Notes under the pieces: generated by a model
The model's database searches: none
What the model saw: the letters and a program-made list of their open reading frames with translations, nothing else
Told to the model about the DNA's origin: nothing
Program-made: the position numbers and the translations under genes
Assembly (NCBI GenBank): GCA_043827405.1
Contig: JBDRPD010000054.1
Span: 64,001-128,000 of the forward strand
DNA length: 64,000 nt
Reading direction: 5' to 3'
From: Elusimicrobiota bacterium
GTDB taxonomy: Bacteria; Elusimicrobiota; Elusimicrobia; UBA1565
Part shown: positions 40,327-49,654 of the stretch, one piece after another
How the letters are laid out: each line of letters starts with the position of its first letter
How positions within the stretch are numbered: position 1 is the stretch's first letter

Positions 40327-40749
40327 ATGCCCTGTCTTGAGATCACCCTGCCGAAGACCGACCGCGAGACCAAGGCGAAACTCGCGGACTGCCTGACCGA
40401 GGCCTTCGCGAGCAGCACCCTGTTCGGCAAGGAGATATTCGGCGTGCGGTTCTTCGAGTACGGTCCCGGCGAGGCGGCGGTCGGCGGCCGGCTGGTGGAC
40501 GGCGATGAAAAGAGCCCCTATCTGCACGCCCTGCTGTACTGTCCCCGGATTACGCGCTCGACCAAACAGAAGCTGGCGGAAGCCCTCACGGAAGCTTTTG
40601 TTCGGGGTACGGGCCGGGAGGACTGGAGGCCGGTTATCCATATCTGCGAGCACCCCTACGACAATGTCGCGGTGGAGGGGCGGGTCTTGTCCGAGGCCTT
40701 CGAGGAGTGCGCGAAGAAAAGCTTCTACTACGAGCTGCCCAAGGATTGA
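40327..40749 (+). CDS. Tautomerase superfamily protein with two fused beta-alpha-beta units
   Basis: N-terminal Met-Pro; repeated (E/S)TKxKLAxxLTEAF; NVAVEG. Confidence 0.75.
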   Translation: MPCLEITLPKTDRETKAKLADCLTEAFASSTLFGKEIFGVRFFEYGPGEAAVGGRLVDGDEKSPYLHALLYCPRITRSTKQKLAEALTEAFVRGTGREDWRPVIHICEHPYDNVAVEGRVLSEAFEECAKKSFYYELPKD

Positions 40750-40750
40750 A

Positions 40751-41593
40751 ATGTCCGACGCCTTCGCGCCCGGAACCCTGCGGCGCCTTGTGCTGGGACG
40801 TACCGTCAGCGCACTACAGAGCGGCGCCCTGCGTCCCATCCCGACCGGAAGTGAGCTTGTCGCACAGGACGGCGTCGAATTCGTCGTGCGCATTTTCACC
40901 AACCTCGCCCGGAAGGAGACGCACCGGAAGGGGCGGGACAACAAGAACCCGTTTTTACCGCCGGAACAGGACCTGACGGTTGCCGGCGTCTCCGCTGCGC
41001 ATTTTTGCATTCTTAACAAGTTTAATGTCTTCGCTCATCACCTGCTCATCGTCACCCGGGAGTTCGAGGAACAGGAGCGCCTGCTGACGGCGGCGGACTG
41101 CGCGGCGCTGCTGCGCTGTATGGCGGAATATGAAGCGCTCGGTTTCTATAACGGCGGCGAGACCGCCGGCGCGAGCGAGCGGCACAAGCATCTGCAGCTG
41201 GTGCCGCTGCCGCTGACGACGCGCGGGCCGTCGGTGCCGATCGAGGCCGCGCTTGCAGGAGCGGAATTCCGCCACGGCATCGGGATGTCGGTCCGGCTGC
41301 CGTTCCGGCATGCGCTGGCCGCCGTGGAGCCGCGGTGGTCTGCGGACCGGATGCTGGAAGCTTATCACGGCCTGCTCAACGCGGTCGGGGTCGACGGGGC
41401 GGCGCCCTACAACCTGCTCATGACCCGGCGCTGGATGCTCGCGGTGCCGCGGGCGGCGGAGAAATTCGGGTCGGTATCGATCAATGCCCTCGGCTTCGCG
41501 GGCTCCCTGCTCGTGCGCAACGCCGCTGAGCTGGCCAAGCTCAAGGAGCTCGGCCCGATGAACGTGCTAAAGAGCGTCGGCTGTCCGCGCTGA
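40751..41593 (+). CDS. ATP adenylyltransferase / Ap4A phosphorylase II
   Basis: NPFLP, LNKF, FYNGG..AGASERHKHLQ (HxHxQ), YNLL, INALGFAG. Confidence 0.88.
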   Translation: MSDAFAPGTLRRLVLGRTVSALQSGALRPIPTGSELVAQDGVEFVVRIFTNLARKETHRKGRDNKNPFLPPEQDLTVAGVSAAHFCILNKFNVFAHHLLIVTREFEEQERLLTAADCAALLRCMAEYEALGFYNGGETAGASERHKHLQLVPLPLTTRGPSVPIEAALAGAEFRHGIGMSVRLPFRHALAAVEPRWSADRMLEAYHGLLNAVGVDGAAPYNLLMTRRWMLAVPRAAEKFGSVSINALGFAGSLLVRNAAELAKLKELGPMNVLKSVGCPR

Positions 41594-41596
41594 CGC

Positions 41597-42136
41597 TTAT
41601 TTCTTCTTCGCTTTCTTGACCCGCGCGGTGATGATGTCGTCGAGCCCTTCCGGCTTGTCCGGCAGCTTGAAGTCGTACTTGAGCTGCGACTGGCGCGTGC
41701 GGGCGCTCAGGAACCAGCCGTCCAGGCAGACCTGGAAGACTTCCTTTTCGCCGGCGGCCAGCGGGCCGCGGCCTTCGATGCGGATGCGCACCTGGCGCGT
41801 CTCGCTGCGGTAGGGGATTTCGTGACAGATCTGCCCGGCCGGCGGGATGTTCTGGCAGCGCTGCTCGTAGATGGTCGCTTTGAGGAACTTCATCTCCGAT
41901 AGCGGCCCGTCGCCCTCTTTAAATGTTATGTCCTCGCAGTCGCGGGTCCAGCGGGAGATCATGCCCGCGGTCTGAAAGCCGGCTGGGGCGGCTGCGGCGG
42001 TCTTGCGCGCCTGCTTGACGACCGCTTTGACATCGATCGATCCCTGGTCAAAATTGATGTTGGGCTCCGCGGCGGCGAAGCTCCAGAGTCCTGCGGTGAC
42101 GGCGAAAACGGCGGCGATTCTGATCCCGTGCTTCAT
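41597..42136 (-). CDS. Secreted hypothetical protein
   Basis: Signal peptide, then AEPNINFDQG; 4 Cys; SD ggagg. Confidence 0.7.
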   Translation of the reverse strand: MKHGIRIAAVFAVTAGLWSFAAAEPNINFDQGSIDVKAVVKQARKTAAAAPAGFQTAGMISRWTRDCEDITFKEGDGPLSEMKFLKATIYEQRCQNIPPAGQICHEIPYRSETRQVRIRIEGRGPLAAGEKEVFQVCLDGWFLSARTRQSQLKYDFKLPDKPEGLDDIITARVKKAKKK

Positions 42137-42161
42137 GTTTTGCCTCCTGAAAGGTAAATTT

Positions 42162-42286
42162 ATTGTACACCCGGACGCGCTATGACAATATAGGTCGATA
42201 GTCCCAGTACTTTTTCATATAGGCCCTAGGGCCTATATTCCGCTAGGCCTCCCGGCCCGGGGAGTCCTGCTCCCGCGCGCTAACCT
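42162..42286. promoter_or_regulatory. Divergent promoter region with three palindromic operator sites
   Basis: TAGGTCGATAGTCCCA at 42191-42206, perfect 22-bp palindrome ATATAGGCCCTAGGGCCTATAT at 42217-42238, TAGGCCTCCCGGCCCG at 42244-42259; -10 boxes TACAAT (minus, 42162-42167) and TAACCT (42281-42286). Confidence 0.65.
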
Positions 42287-42293
42287 ATTAGCG

Positions 42294-42932
42294 ATGGAGC
42301 GCATGGGGGAGATAATGAAAAACAGAATTCAGAAGGCGGTCATTTTGCTGCTGGCTTTCATGCTCCTTCCGGCCGTCGCGGCGCGGGCGGCGAAATCCGC
42401 CAAGCGCACCTGCCGTTTCTATGTCGCCAACAGCAAGAAGTCCGGTTCCCGCTTGCTGTGCCTCAAAACCTGCCCGTCATGGACCTATTCAGTGCGCCTG
42501 CAGGGGCAGAGCGACCACTTCTGCATGCCGCGCCACGTCTTCGGATCGGAAGGAAAGCGCAACGCTTTTGTGCGCGATAATATGGGCGGCGCCGCGAATA
42601 ATACCGTGCGGCGGGCGGGCTCCAAGCCCGGCCGGAAGATCAGCAGCACCGGCAGCGGCGCCTATGTCGGCGACGATCCGGCCAACAATGTCCGGGTGAG
42701 CTGCAGCGGGCCCAAGCGCATTACTTTCGGCACGGTGGTGGATGATAAAGGCCGCTTTCTCGGTTATGATCGTTCCACTATCGAGAAGGCCGTACAGCGG
42801 GGCGATATTACCGCGCAGGAAGCCGCCGGTATGACCATCTCCCCGGTCGCCAAGCGGCGGCGTGCCGACGGCACGGCCTACTATACCGACAGCCGCACCG
42901 GCAGGATCGTTGATCCGGACTCCTTTAAATAA
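42294..42932 (+). CDS. Secreted Cys-containing hypothetical protein (alternative start 42315)
   Basis: Signal peptide, Cys-rich N-terminal domain. Confidence 0.65.
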   Translation: MERMGEIMKNRIQKAVILLLAFMLLPAVAARAAKSAKRTCRFYVANSKKSGSRLLCLKTCPSWTYSVRLQGQSDHFCMPRHVFGSEGKRNAFVRDNMGGAANNTVRRAGSKPGRKISSTGSGAYVGDDPANNVRVSCSGPKRITFGTVVDDKGRFLGYDRSTIEKAVQRGDITAQEAAGMTISPVAKRRRADGTAYYTDSRTGRIVDPDSFK

Positions 42933-42943
42933 CACCAAAGTTG

Positions 42944-43280
42944 ACTCCGTCGTAAGAACACCGTCGTGTGGCGCGTTCGCGCGGGGGCGCCTTACGCAGG
43001 TAAGGCCGCGCCCTCCAAGGCCATCGTGGGTGCTTGCGTCCAGTACCTCAGCGCCCGCCGCAGGTTGCACCCCGCGGCCTTGAGCTGCACCACCAAATTC
43101 GTCCGACGTCCCCGTCTCACCCGCAACTTCCCCAGCCCCGGCCCCCGCTTGAGCTCCGAGTTCGTCGCCTCGATCCCCGCCCGAATCGCGCAGCGCTCCT
43201 TGAACTCGGGTTGCGCCTCCTGCTGCTTGAGCCACTCCCCGGCCTTCGTCCGCCCGGTCGGGCACTTCGCCGCCGGCGCC
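42944..43280 (-). mobile_element. Truncated transposase remnant, C-terminal DDE part, IS1182-like
   Basis: A minus frame absent from the ORF track reads ...EFKERCAIRAGIEATNSELKRGPGLGKLRVRRGRRTNLVVQLKAAGCNLRRAL...*, stop at 42992-42994. Possible IS end near 42944-42960. Confidence 0.7.
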
Positions 43281-43281
43281 T

Positions 43282-43460
43282 TTACTCGGCGCCATCCAAA
43301 ACGCGCCGGGCCTTCGCCTCGCCAAGATGCCGTCGTGGCTTCGGCAATACCAGCAGGTCGCAGTGCATCGCGTCAAACACGCGCCGCCAGGTATCCAGTC
43401 GAGCGTCCGTCCGTCCGGATTCGAGTAGTTGAATATGCTGCTGGGATGTCCTTATAGAAT
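43282..43460 (-). pseudogene. N-terminally truncated XRE-family HTH regulator fragment
   Basis: SQQHIQLLESGRTDARLDTWRRVFDAMHCDLLV is the second half of an HTH_3 domain; helices 1-2 are missing. Confidence 0.55.
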
Positions 43461-43854
43461 CCTGACCGGCCGCTTGTATAGGGATCCCATCCCATGTGAG
43501 AATAACATAGTTAACTATGTTATCGCCAGAGGGGATTAAAGAGGGATTAAAGTCTCCTATGGCCGCCACGGAGCCGACATATGCATCCTCCCATTCGGCG
43601 AAACAGCCGAGGCAGGCCCTTCGCTTCGCCTGCGGCGGGCGGCTTTCGCCCCGTCCGGCTGCGCCGGCCGGCGCGAAAGCTCCTTAACGACCGCTCCAAT
43701 CATGGCGCCGTGTCCGGACGTGGGATCACCGGGACTTTTTACGAGGGAACCAAAGTTACCTGCCCATCCGCGTCAACATTTCGTAAAATTGCCCATTAAG
43801 GGGCCTCGCCCCAATTTTCCTCATTGACCCCAGCGATGATGCAGGAGCCGTGAA

Positions 43855-46521
43855 ATGAAGGCCAAGCGAAAAATAAAATCCCGCAAACGGAAGCCTCCGG
43901 AAACGGCGCGCGCGGAAAGCGATGCGATGCTGCGCGCCACCGTCGAAGGCCTGCCCTGCTGCTTTTTTACCCTGGACGACAAGGGCCGCTATACCATGCA
44001 GAATTCGCTCTGCCGGAATCATTGGGGAGATATTACCGGCAAGCGTCCAGGAGATATCGCGCCCAATGCCGAGGCCGCCGCGTTGTGGAAGGTCAATAAT
44101 CGCCGGGTGCTGCGTACCGGCGCGGTGGTCGAGAGCGAGATGCGGTTTCCCGAAAATGGGCGGATGAATTACCACCGCAATATCATTTCGCCGATCCGCA
44201 TCGGCGGCAAGATCAAGGGAATCGTCGGCCTGGATTTTGATATTACCTCGCGCAAGCGGGCGGAAATGGACCTGCGGCTGCACAGCGAGATCATGCGCCA
44301 TGTCGCCGAGGGCATTTGCATGGTGCGGTTGGATAAAGAGCAGATCGTCTATGCCAACCCAAAGATGGAACGGATGTTCGGCTACGATCCAGAAGAGCTG
44401 CTGGGCAAGCATGTTTCCACCCTGGGCGTGTTGGACGCCGTTTATGTCAAGCAGCTGTTAAAGACGATTACCCAGGGGCTGGATGATGAGGGCCGTTGGC
44501 AGGGCGAGGTCCACTGCAAGCGCCGGGAGGGCGCGACCTTCTGGTGCAATCTGAGTATCAGCACCTATGAACACCCCGAATTCGGGATGGTTTCGGTCGG
44601 GGTGTATCATGATATCACCCGGCGCAAGCTGGCGGAAGATACGCTTAAGTCGAATACGGAGATGATGCAGCGTGTTGTCAATTCCTCGGTGCTGCAGATG
44701 TTCCTTTATCAGAAGGAAGGAAGCGACTTCATCCTGCGGGAAGTTAATAAAGCGGTCCGTGATCTCGGCGGGGGCGAGGGGGCGTCGCTGCTGGGGCGCC
44801 GCCTGTCCGAGATCGCGATCAATGAGCCAAAAATTCAAAAGGCGATCAGAACCTGCTATCGAGAGCAAAGCGTCAATATGCGGGTTGAGGCCGAGCATAA
44901 GCAGCATTCGACCGGAGTGCTTCGGCAGTACTCCGCGGTCTGCACCTTCGTACCCCCGGATAAGGTATTTGTGAGCGCGGAGGATATTACCGAGCGCGAG
45001 CTGGCCAAGCGGGATGCCGTCGTCGCCGAGCGCTGCTATACCGAGCTTTTTGAGCAGGCCGGCGATTTTATCCTGGTGCTGGAGCCGGTTGGGGAGGGCC
45101 CGCCGATCATTATCGACGCCAACGAAGCGGCCTTCAGGCAGCATGGCTATACGCGCAAGGAGATGATCGGCCGGCCGGTCTCCATGCTCGAGACCGCGGA
45201 GTCGGCGATGAATGACCCGCAAAGGCTGGCGCAGCTGGCGGCGGAGGGGTTCGCCTGCTTCGAGGTTGAGCATCGACGCAAGAACGGCTCGCTCTTCTGG
45301 GCCGAGGTCTCGGCCAAGATGGCGGAGGCCGGCGGCCGCCGGGTCATTATGTGCATCGAACGCGACGTTACCGAGCGGAAACGCGCACAGGCGGCGCTTA
45401 TTAAAGGGCAAAAGATGGAATCCTTGGGCCAGTTGGCCGGCGGGCTCGCCCACGATTTCAATAACTTGTTGACCGCTGTTATCGGCAATATTTCCATCGC
45501 TAGAAAAAAGACGGATTCCAGCGATGTCCGCGAGCTGATCGATGAGACTCTGGATGCTACCCGGGCCGCCCAGAGTTTGGCGCAGCAGCTGCTGACCTTC
45601 GCCCGGGGAGGGAAGCCGGTTGCCGCAGTCGTCGATATGCGAGCGCTGTTAAAGGATGCGGTTGTCTTCGCGGCGCGCGGTTCAAAAGTCAAATGCGTTT
45701 TTTCCCTGAACCGGGCCCTGCATCCCGTGAAGGCGGATGCGGCGCAGTTAACGCAGGTGCTGCAGAATATTGTCATCAACGCGGTGCAGGCCATGCCCCA
45801 GGGCGGCAAACTCCGGGTACGAGCGGTCAATACTGAGCTGGCTCCCGCTAATGCTTTGGCGCTGCCGGCCGGGTCCTATGCAAGTGTCGAGATCGGCGAT
45901 GAAGGCCGCGGCATCGCGGCGGAGCATCTGGAAAAAGTATTCGAACCTTACTTCAGCACCAAGGAATCAGGCCGCGGCTTCGGGCTGGCTATCAGCCATT
46001 CGATTATCACCAAACATGGCGGGCATATCGCGGTGCAATCCACGCCGGGAGCGGGGGCTGTTTTCACTATCCATCTCCCCGCGCTGCCGGGAGTGCGGCC
46101 ATCGGCCGTTGAGAAAACGGGCAGGCTCAAGGCCGGACGCGGCAAGCTGCTCATTATGGACGATGAGCCCCAGGTCGCCAAGGTGCTCTCGCGCATCGTC
46201 AAGGAGCTGGGCTATACGGCGTACACCGCGGCCGACGGGAGCAAGGCGCTCAGCGCCTGGCGCAAAGCCAAAAAGGCGGGCCAACCCTTTCGTGCCGCCA
46301 TTATGGACCTGACCATCCCGGGCGGTATGGGCGGCGAGGAAGCGATCAAGAAGCTGCGCCGTACGGACCGGGCGGCGGTGGTGATCGTTTCCAGCGGCTA
46401 TGCCAATGCGCCCATCCTGGCGAACTACGGAGATTACGGCTTCGCTGACGTTCTGGTCAAGCCTTACCGGATCGGCGACGTGTCCAAGGTGTTGAGCCGG
46501 GCCTTGAGCCGCCGGCAGTAA
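43855..46521 (+). CDS. Cytoplasmic multi-PAS hybrid sensor histidine kinase / receiver
   Basis: About 4 PAS/PAC units (DIT.RK), AHDFNNLL H-box, NAVQAM, DEGRGI, FSTK, GFGLA, C-terminal REC domain (MDD, MDLTIPG, KPY). Confidence 0.93.
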   Translation: MKAKRKIKSRKRKPPETARAESDAMLRATVEGLPCCFFTLDDKGRYTMQNSLCRNHWGDITGKRPGDIAPNAEAAALWKVNNRRVLRTGAVVESEMRFPENGRMNYHRNIISPIRIGGKIKGIVGLDFDITSRKRAEMDLRLHSEIMRHVAEGICMVRLDKEQIVYANPKMERMFGYDPEELLGKHVSTLGVLDAVYVKQLLKTITQGLDDEGRWQGEVHCKRREGATFWCNLSISTYEHPEFGMVSVGVYHDITRRKLAEDTLKSNTEMMQRVVNSSVLQMFLYQKEGSDFILREVNKAVRDLGGGEGASLLGRRLSEIAINEPKIQKAIRTCYREQSVNMRVEAEHKQHSTGVLRQYSAVCTFVPPDKVFVSAEDITERELAKRDAVVAERCYTELFEQAGDFILVLEPVGEGPPIIIDANEAAFRQHGYTRKEMIGRPVSMLETAESAMNDPQRLAQLAAEGFACFEVEHRRKNGSLFWAEVSAKMAEAGGRRVIMCIERDVTERKRAQAALIKGQKMESLGQLAGGLAHDFNNLLTAVIGNISIARKKTDSSDVRELIDETLDATRAAQSLAQQLLTFARGGKPVAAVVDMRALLKDAVVFAARGSKVKCVFSLNRALHPVKADAAQLTQVLQNIVINAVQAMPQGGKLRVRAVNTELAPANALALPAGSYASVEIGDEGRGIAAEHLEKVFEPYFSTKESGRGFGLAISHSIITKHGGHIAVQSTPGAGAVFTIHLPALPGVRPSAVEKTGRLKAGRGKLLIMDDEPQVAKVLSRIVKELGYTAYTAADGSKALSAWRKAKKAGQPFRAAIMDLTIPGGMGGEEAIKKLRRTDRAAVVIVSSGYANAPILANYGDYGFADVLVKPYRIGDVSKVLSRALSRRQ

Positions 46522-46555
46522 CGGCGGCGCGGTCCAACGCACTCACCGGCGCCCG

Positions 46556-47203
46556 ATGAACGAAAAATCCCAATTCTGGAAAGAGCGGGCCATCTGGCTC
46601 GCCCGGTTTACCATCGTCTACAACCTGCTGGAGGGATTCGTCTCCATCGGCTTCGGGGTCAAAGACGAAGCGCTAAGCCTGGCGGGTTTCGGCGCCGACA
46701 GTTTCATTGAGGTGGCTTCGGCTTTTGTCGTTCTGTGGCGCCTGCGCCGGGAGACCGGGGCGGATTCGCCGCTGTCGCTGGACGCGGAGCGCCGGGCCAC
46801 GCATATTATCGGCTGGCTTTTTCTCGCGCTCGCGGCCGTCGCAGCGTCCGCTGCCGTTATGAGGCTGGTGATGCGCGGCGCTCCGGATACAACGGTCCCA
46901 GGTCTAGTGATCTCGGTGCTTAGCCTTTCCTTCATGTTCTATCTATGGTCGGCGAAGCTCAGGGCGGGGCGGGCGCTCGACAGCGCGACCATAATGAAGG
47001 ACGCGGCTTGCTCGCTGGCTTGCATTCAGCTGTCCTTCGTATTGTTCGCCGGCAGCCTGCTCTATATCGCTCTGCCCGCTCTGTGGTGGGCCGACGCGGC
47101 GGCGGCAATTCTGATCGCAGGCTTCATCGCCCGGGAGGGGGTCGGGACGGTGCGTGCCGCGCGCCGCCCGGATTTTAAGGGAGGATGCGGCTGCTGCTCC
47201 TAA
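46556..47203 (+). CDS. Cation efflux (CDF-like) membrane protein
   Basis: SLAGFGADSFIEVAS, WWADAAAA, about 6 TM segments, C-terminal CGCC. Confidence 0.78.
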   Translation: MNEKSQFWKERAIWLARFTIVYNLLEGFVSIGFGVKDEALSLAGFGADSFIEVASAFVVLWRLRRETGADSPLSLDAERRATHIIGWLFLALAAVAASAAVMRLVMRGAPDTTVPGLVISVLSLSFMFYLWSAKLRAGRALDSATIMKDAACSLACIQLSFVLFAGSLLYIALPALWWADAAAAILIAGFIAREGVGTVRAARRPDFKGGCGCCS

Positions 47204-47205
47204 AC

Positions 47206-48324
47206 ATGCACTTTTTCCTCGTCGCCGTTATCGCAATCTATTTGGGAATGCAGTACTACCTGGCGTGGTGGGTGGTGCGCAGTTTCCCCGGCCTGCCGCT
47301 GTCCCCGTACGCGATCCGCTTGATTATCCTGTCGATCGCGCTGAGCTTCCCGCTGTCTTTTTATCTGCTCCGGCGTTTTCCCAGCCCACTTACCGAAGTC
47401 TTCGGCGTCGTCAGCCTCGTCTGGTTCGGCATGTCTTTTCTTTGTCTGGCGACGGCGGTCGCCAGCGACGTTATGCTGCTGGCCGCCCGTTGGGCCGGCG
47501 CGCCGCCGCAATGGCGTCAGATATACGCTTGGGGGACGCTCGCGCTGATGGCGTCATTAAGCCTGTTTTCTTTTTGGAACGCGCTGCGGCCGCCGCTGGT
47601 CAAGACCGTGGAGGTCCCGCTGCATAATCTCCCCGCCGCGCTCGACGGATTTTCCATCGCTCTCGCGTCCGATATCCACCTCGGAATCACCCTGCCGTTT
47701 AGGCACCTCGAGCGGTCGGTTGAGCGTATCAATGCCATGGACGCCGATCTCGTCGTCTTCGCCGGGGATATCATGGACCGCGGCTTCCGTCATCAGGAGC
47801 GCTCGATCACGCTGGCCTCCTCCATTCGCGCCAAGCACGGCAAGTATGCGGTTCTCGGCAACCATGAGTTATATCATGGTGTCGCCGAATCCGTGGCCTG
47901 GCATGAGCGGGCGGGTTTTGATCTGCTGCGCGGCCGGACGGTCGTGCTGCCCAATGGCCTGCAGGTCGCCGGGGTCGACGATGTGCGGACCGCCCGGGTT
48001 ACCAAGGAAGATATGGCCAGGCTCTTTTCCGGGCTCGACGCCGGCAAGCCGTCCGTGTTTATCTCCCACCAGCCTCAGGTTTTCGACCTCGCCGCGGCGC
48101 ATGGCGTGGGGCTGACCCTGTCCGGCCATACCCATGGCGGACAGATATTCCCGTTTCACCTCCTGGTCAAGCTGGCCAACCGCTACCTTTACGGGCTCTA
48201 CGAGAAGAACGGTTCCTACCTCTACGTCACGCAAGGGACGGGCTATTGGGGCCCGCCCATGCGCCTGCTGACACGGTCCGAAATCACGCGGATAGTCCTC
48301 AAGGCGCCGGTCGCGGCGAAGTAG
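47206..48324 (+). CDS. Membrane-anchored metallophosphoesterase (YkuE/YaeI-like)
   Basis: SDIHLG, AGD, GNHE, SHQP, SGHTHGGQ; N-terminal TM segments (alternative start 47185). Confidence 0.9.
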   Translation: MHFFLVAVIAIYLGMQYYLAWWVVRSFPGLPLSPYAIRLIILSIALSFPLSFYLLRRFPSPLTEVFGVVSLVWFGMSFLCLATAVASDVMLLAARWAGAPPQWRQIYAWGTLALMASLSLFSFWNALRPPLVKTVEVPLHNLPAALDGFSIALASDIHLGITLPFRHLERSVERINAMDADLVVFAGDIMDRGFRHQERSITLASSIRAKHGKYAVLGNHELYHGVAESVAWHERAGFDLLRGRTVVLPNGLQVAGVDDVRTARVTKEDMARLFSGLDAGKPSVFISHQPQVFDLAAAHGVGLTLSGHTHGGQIFPFHLLVKLANRYLYGLYEKNGSYLYVTQGTGYWGPPMRLLTRSEITRIVLKAPVAAK

Positions 48325-48344
48325 AACGGCGCGGCGCTGTTCGG

Positions 48345-49550
48345 CTAAGCGACCGCGGCGGGTTCTCTTTCCACGGGCACGGCGCTGCGCAGGTCGCAGA
48401 CCGGCAGGCGGAGCGCGTAGCGCGGAGCGGCCGCGCCGGGCGCGGTCCGCTCGTCGAAGCGCCCATTATGGCTGTCGAGAATCCACTCGACGCCTTCAGC
48501 ACCGCTGTCCGTGGCGGCTTCTTTCTGGGGCGGCGGCGCATCCTCCATTTCCATCGGCGTGCCCGTGATTTCGATCCGCAGCCAGGCTTTCAGGTCCTTG
48601 CCGAGCTCCCACCATTGGGCGGCCCGCACCTCCGAGGTCATGGCGATCTTGCCGCCGGCGGGCATCGCGCCCATAATCTCCTTGAAGACGCTGTAGAAGA
48701 ACGTGGCCAGGTGTTCCTTGCTGGCCGCGATGTGGACCCGCGGAACGTCGGTGATATCGATCTCGTAGTTCTTCTCGTGTACCGCGGGCCCCAGCTTGTA
48801 GATCGTCCGCTCCAGCGCCTCCTCGATATCCATGGGGGCGAGCACTACGCTCACTTGTCCGAATACGTCGCCCATGCGTTTGAACTGGCCGCGGATGCCG
48901 TCGATTTCCCAGAGGATGTCGTCTTTGCTCTTGCCGGTCAGGCCTTGGGTGGCGGTCGAGATGCGGTCCATGGGTTTCAGGACGGTGCCCTGGACCTCGT
49001 TGAACAGGCGGCGGCTCGCCGCCAGGTGTTCGCGCCACAGGACCTGCTTCCTCTCCGCTTCCGCCAGGGCGCGGCGTTTTTCGTGGATGAGGCTCGAAAG
49101 GAAGGTGCTGAAGAAGGAGGCGACGATCAGCATGGCGAACGGCAGCAGGTGCTCAGGCTTGGAGAAGGCCTCCGGGGCAAAAGCCGCGGTTATGCCGTAG
49201 AAGGAGCAGGCGATACCGGCGACAATGAAGCCGCACAGCAGGTTCTCCATCAAGAGCGCCCCGATGATCGCCACAAAGTAGGCGATGTAGAGGTTGACGT
49301 CGAGGCCGCTGGTGGCATAAATCACCAGCGTGATCACGCCGATATCGAGGAGCGAGGCGTAGAGGCTCCAGTCGGGCGGGATCTTCTGCCGCCGCATGCT
49401 CCAGACCAGGCCGAAATGGAGCAGCGCATAAATAAACAGCAGAGCGACGGATAGCCCTTGGGGCAGCCGCGGTTCGGGGCTGTAAAGCACCGCGAGCAGA
49501 AGAGTTAGAAACAGTACGGCGCGCAGGTAGAAGAGTTGTCTTAGTGCCAT
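48345..49550 (-). CDS. Membrane sensor-like protein with degenerate histidine-kinase domain
   Basis: Multi-TM N-terminus, coiled coil, HATPase-like remnants (AMPAGGKI, ILDSHNGRF, ALRLP) but no H-box His, N-box Asn or G-boxes. Confidence 0.6.
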   Translation of the reverse strand: MALRQLFYLRAVLFLTLLLAVLYSPEPRLPQGLSVALLFIYALLHFGLVWSMRRQKIPPDWSLYASLLDIGVITLVIYATSGLDVNLYIAYFVAIIGALLMENLLCGFIVAGIACSFYGITAAFAPEAFSKPEHLLPFAMLIVASFFSTFLSSLIHEKRRALAEAERKQVLWREHLAASRRLFNEVQGTVLKPMDRISTATQGLTGKSKDDILWEIDGIRGQFKRMGDVFGQVSVVLAPMDIEEALERTIYKLGPAVHEKNYEIDITDVPRVHIAASKEHLATFFYSVFKEIMGAMPAGGKIAMTSEVRAAQWWELGKDLKAWLRIEITGTPMEMEDAPPPQKEAATDSGAEGVEWILDSHNGRFDERTAPGAAAPRYALRLPVCDLRSAVPVEREPAAVA

Positions 49551-49608
49551 GGTAGCCGCATTATATCATCCCCGGCGGTCTAGACAATAAAGCAGGGATG
49601 AAATTGCC

Positions 49609-49637
49609 TTGACGCTCATCCGAGCGGTTGATACTCT
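49609..49637 (+). promoter_or_regulatory. Sigma70-type promoter of the M48 gene
   Basis: TTGACG-17 nt-TACTCT with extended -10 TG. Confidence 0.55.
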
Positions 49638-49654
49638 AGAGGCCGGAGGGAGCC

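Noticed and set aside
43479..43494. TAGGGATCCCATCCCA as another regulon site
   Set aside because: It lacks the conserved inner C and G and has no partner site or correctly spaced -10 box.
42489..43569. ORF-track calls 42489-43376, 42966-43457, 43034-43432 and full-length 43282-43569
   Set aside because: The recognisable coding signal is the transposase remnant in another frame and the HTH fragment; these ORFs are incidental.
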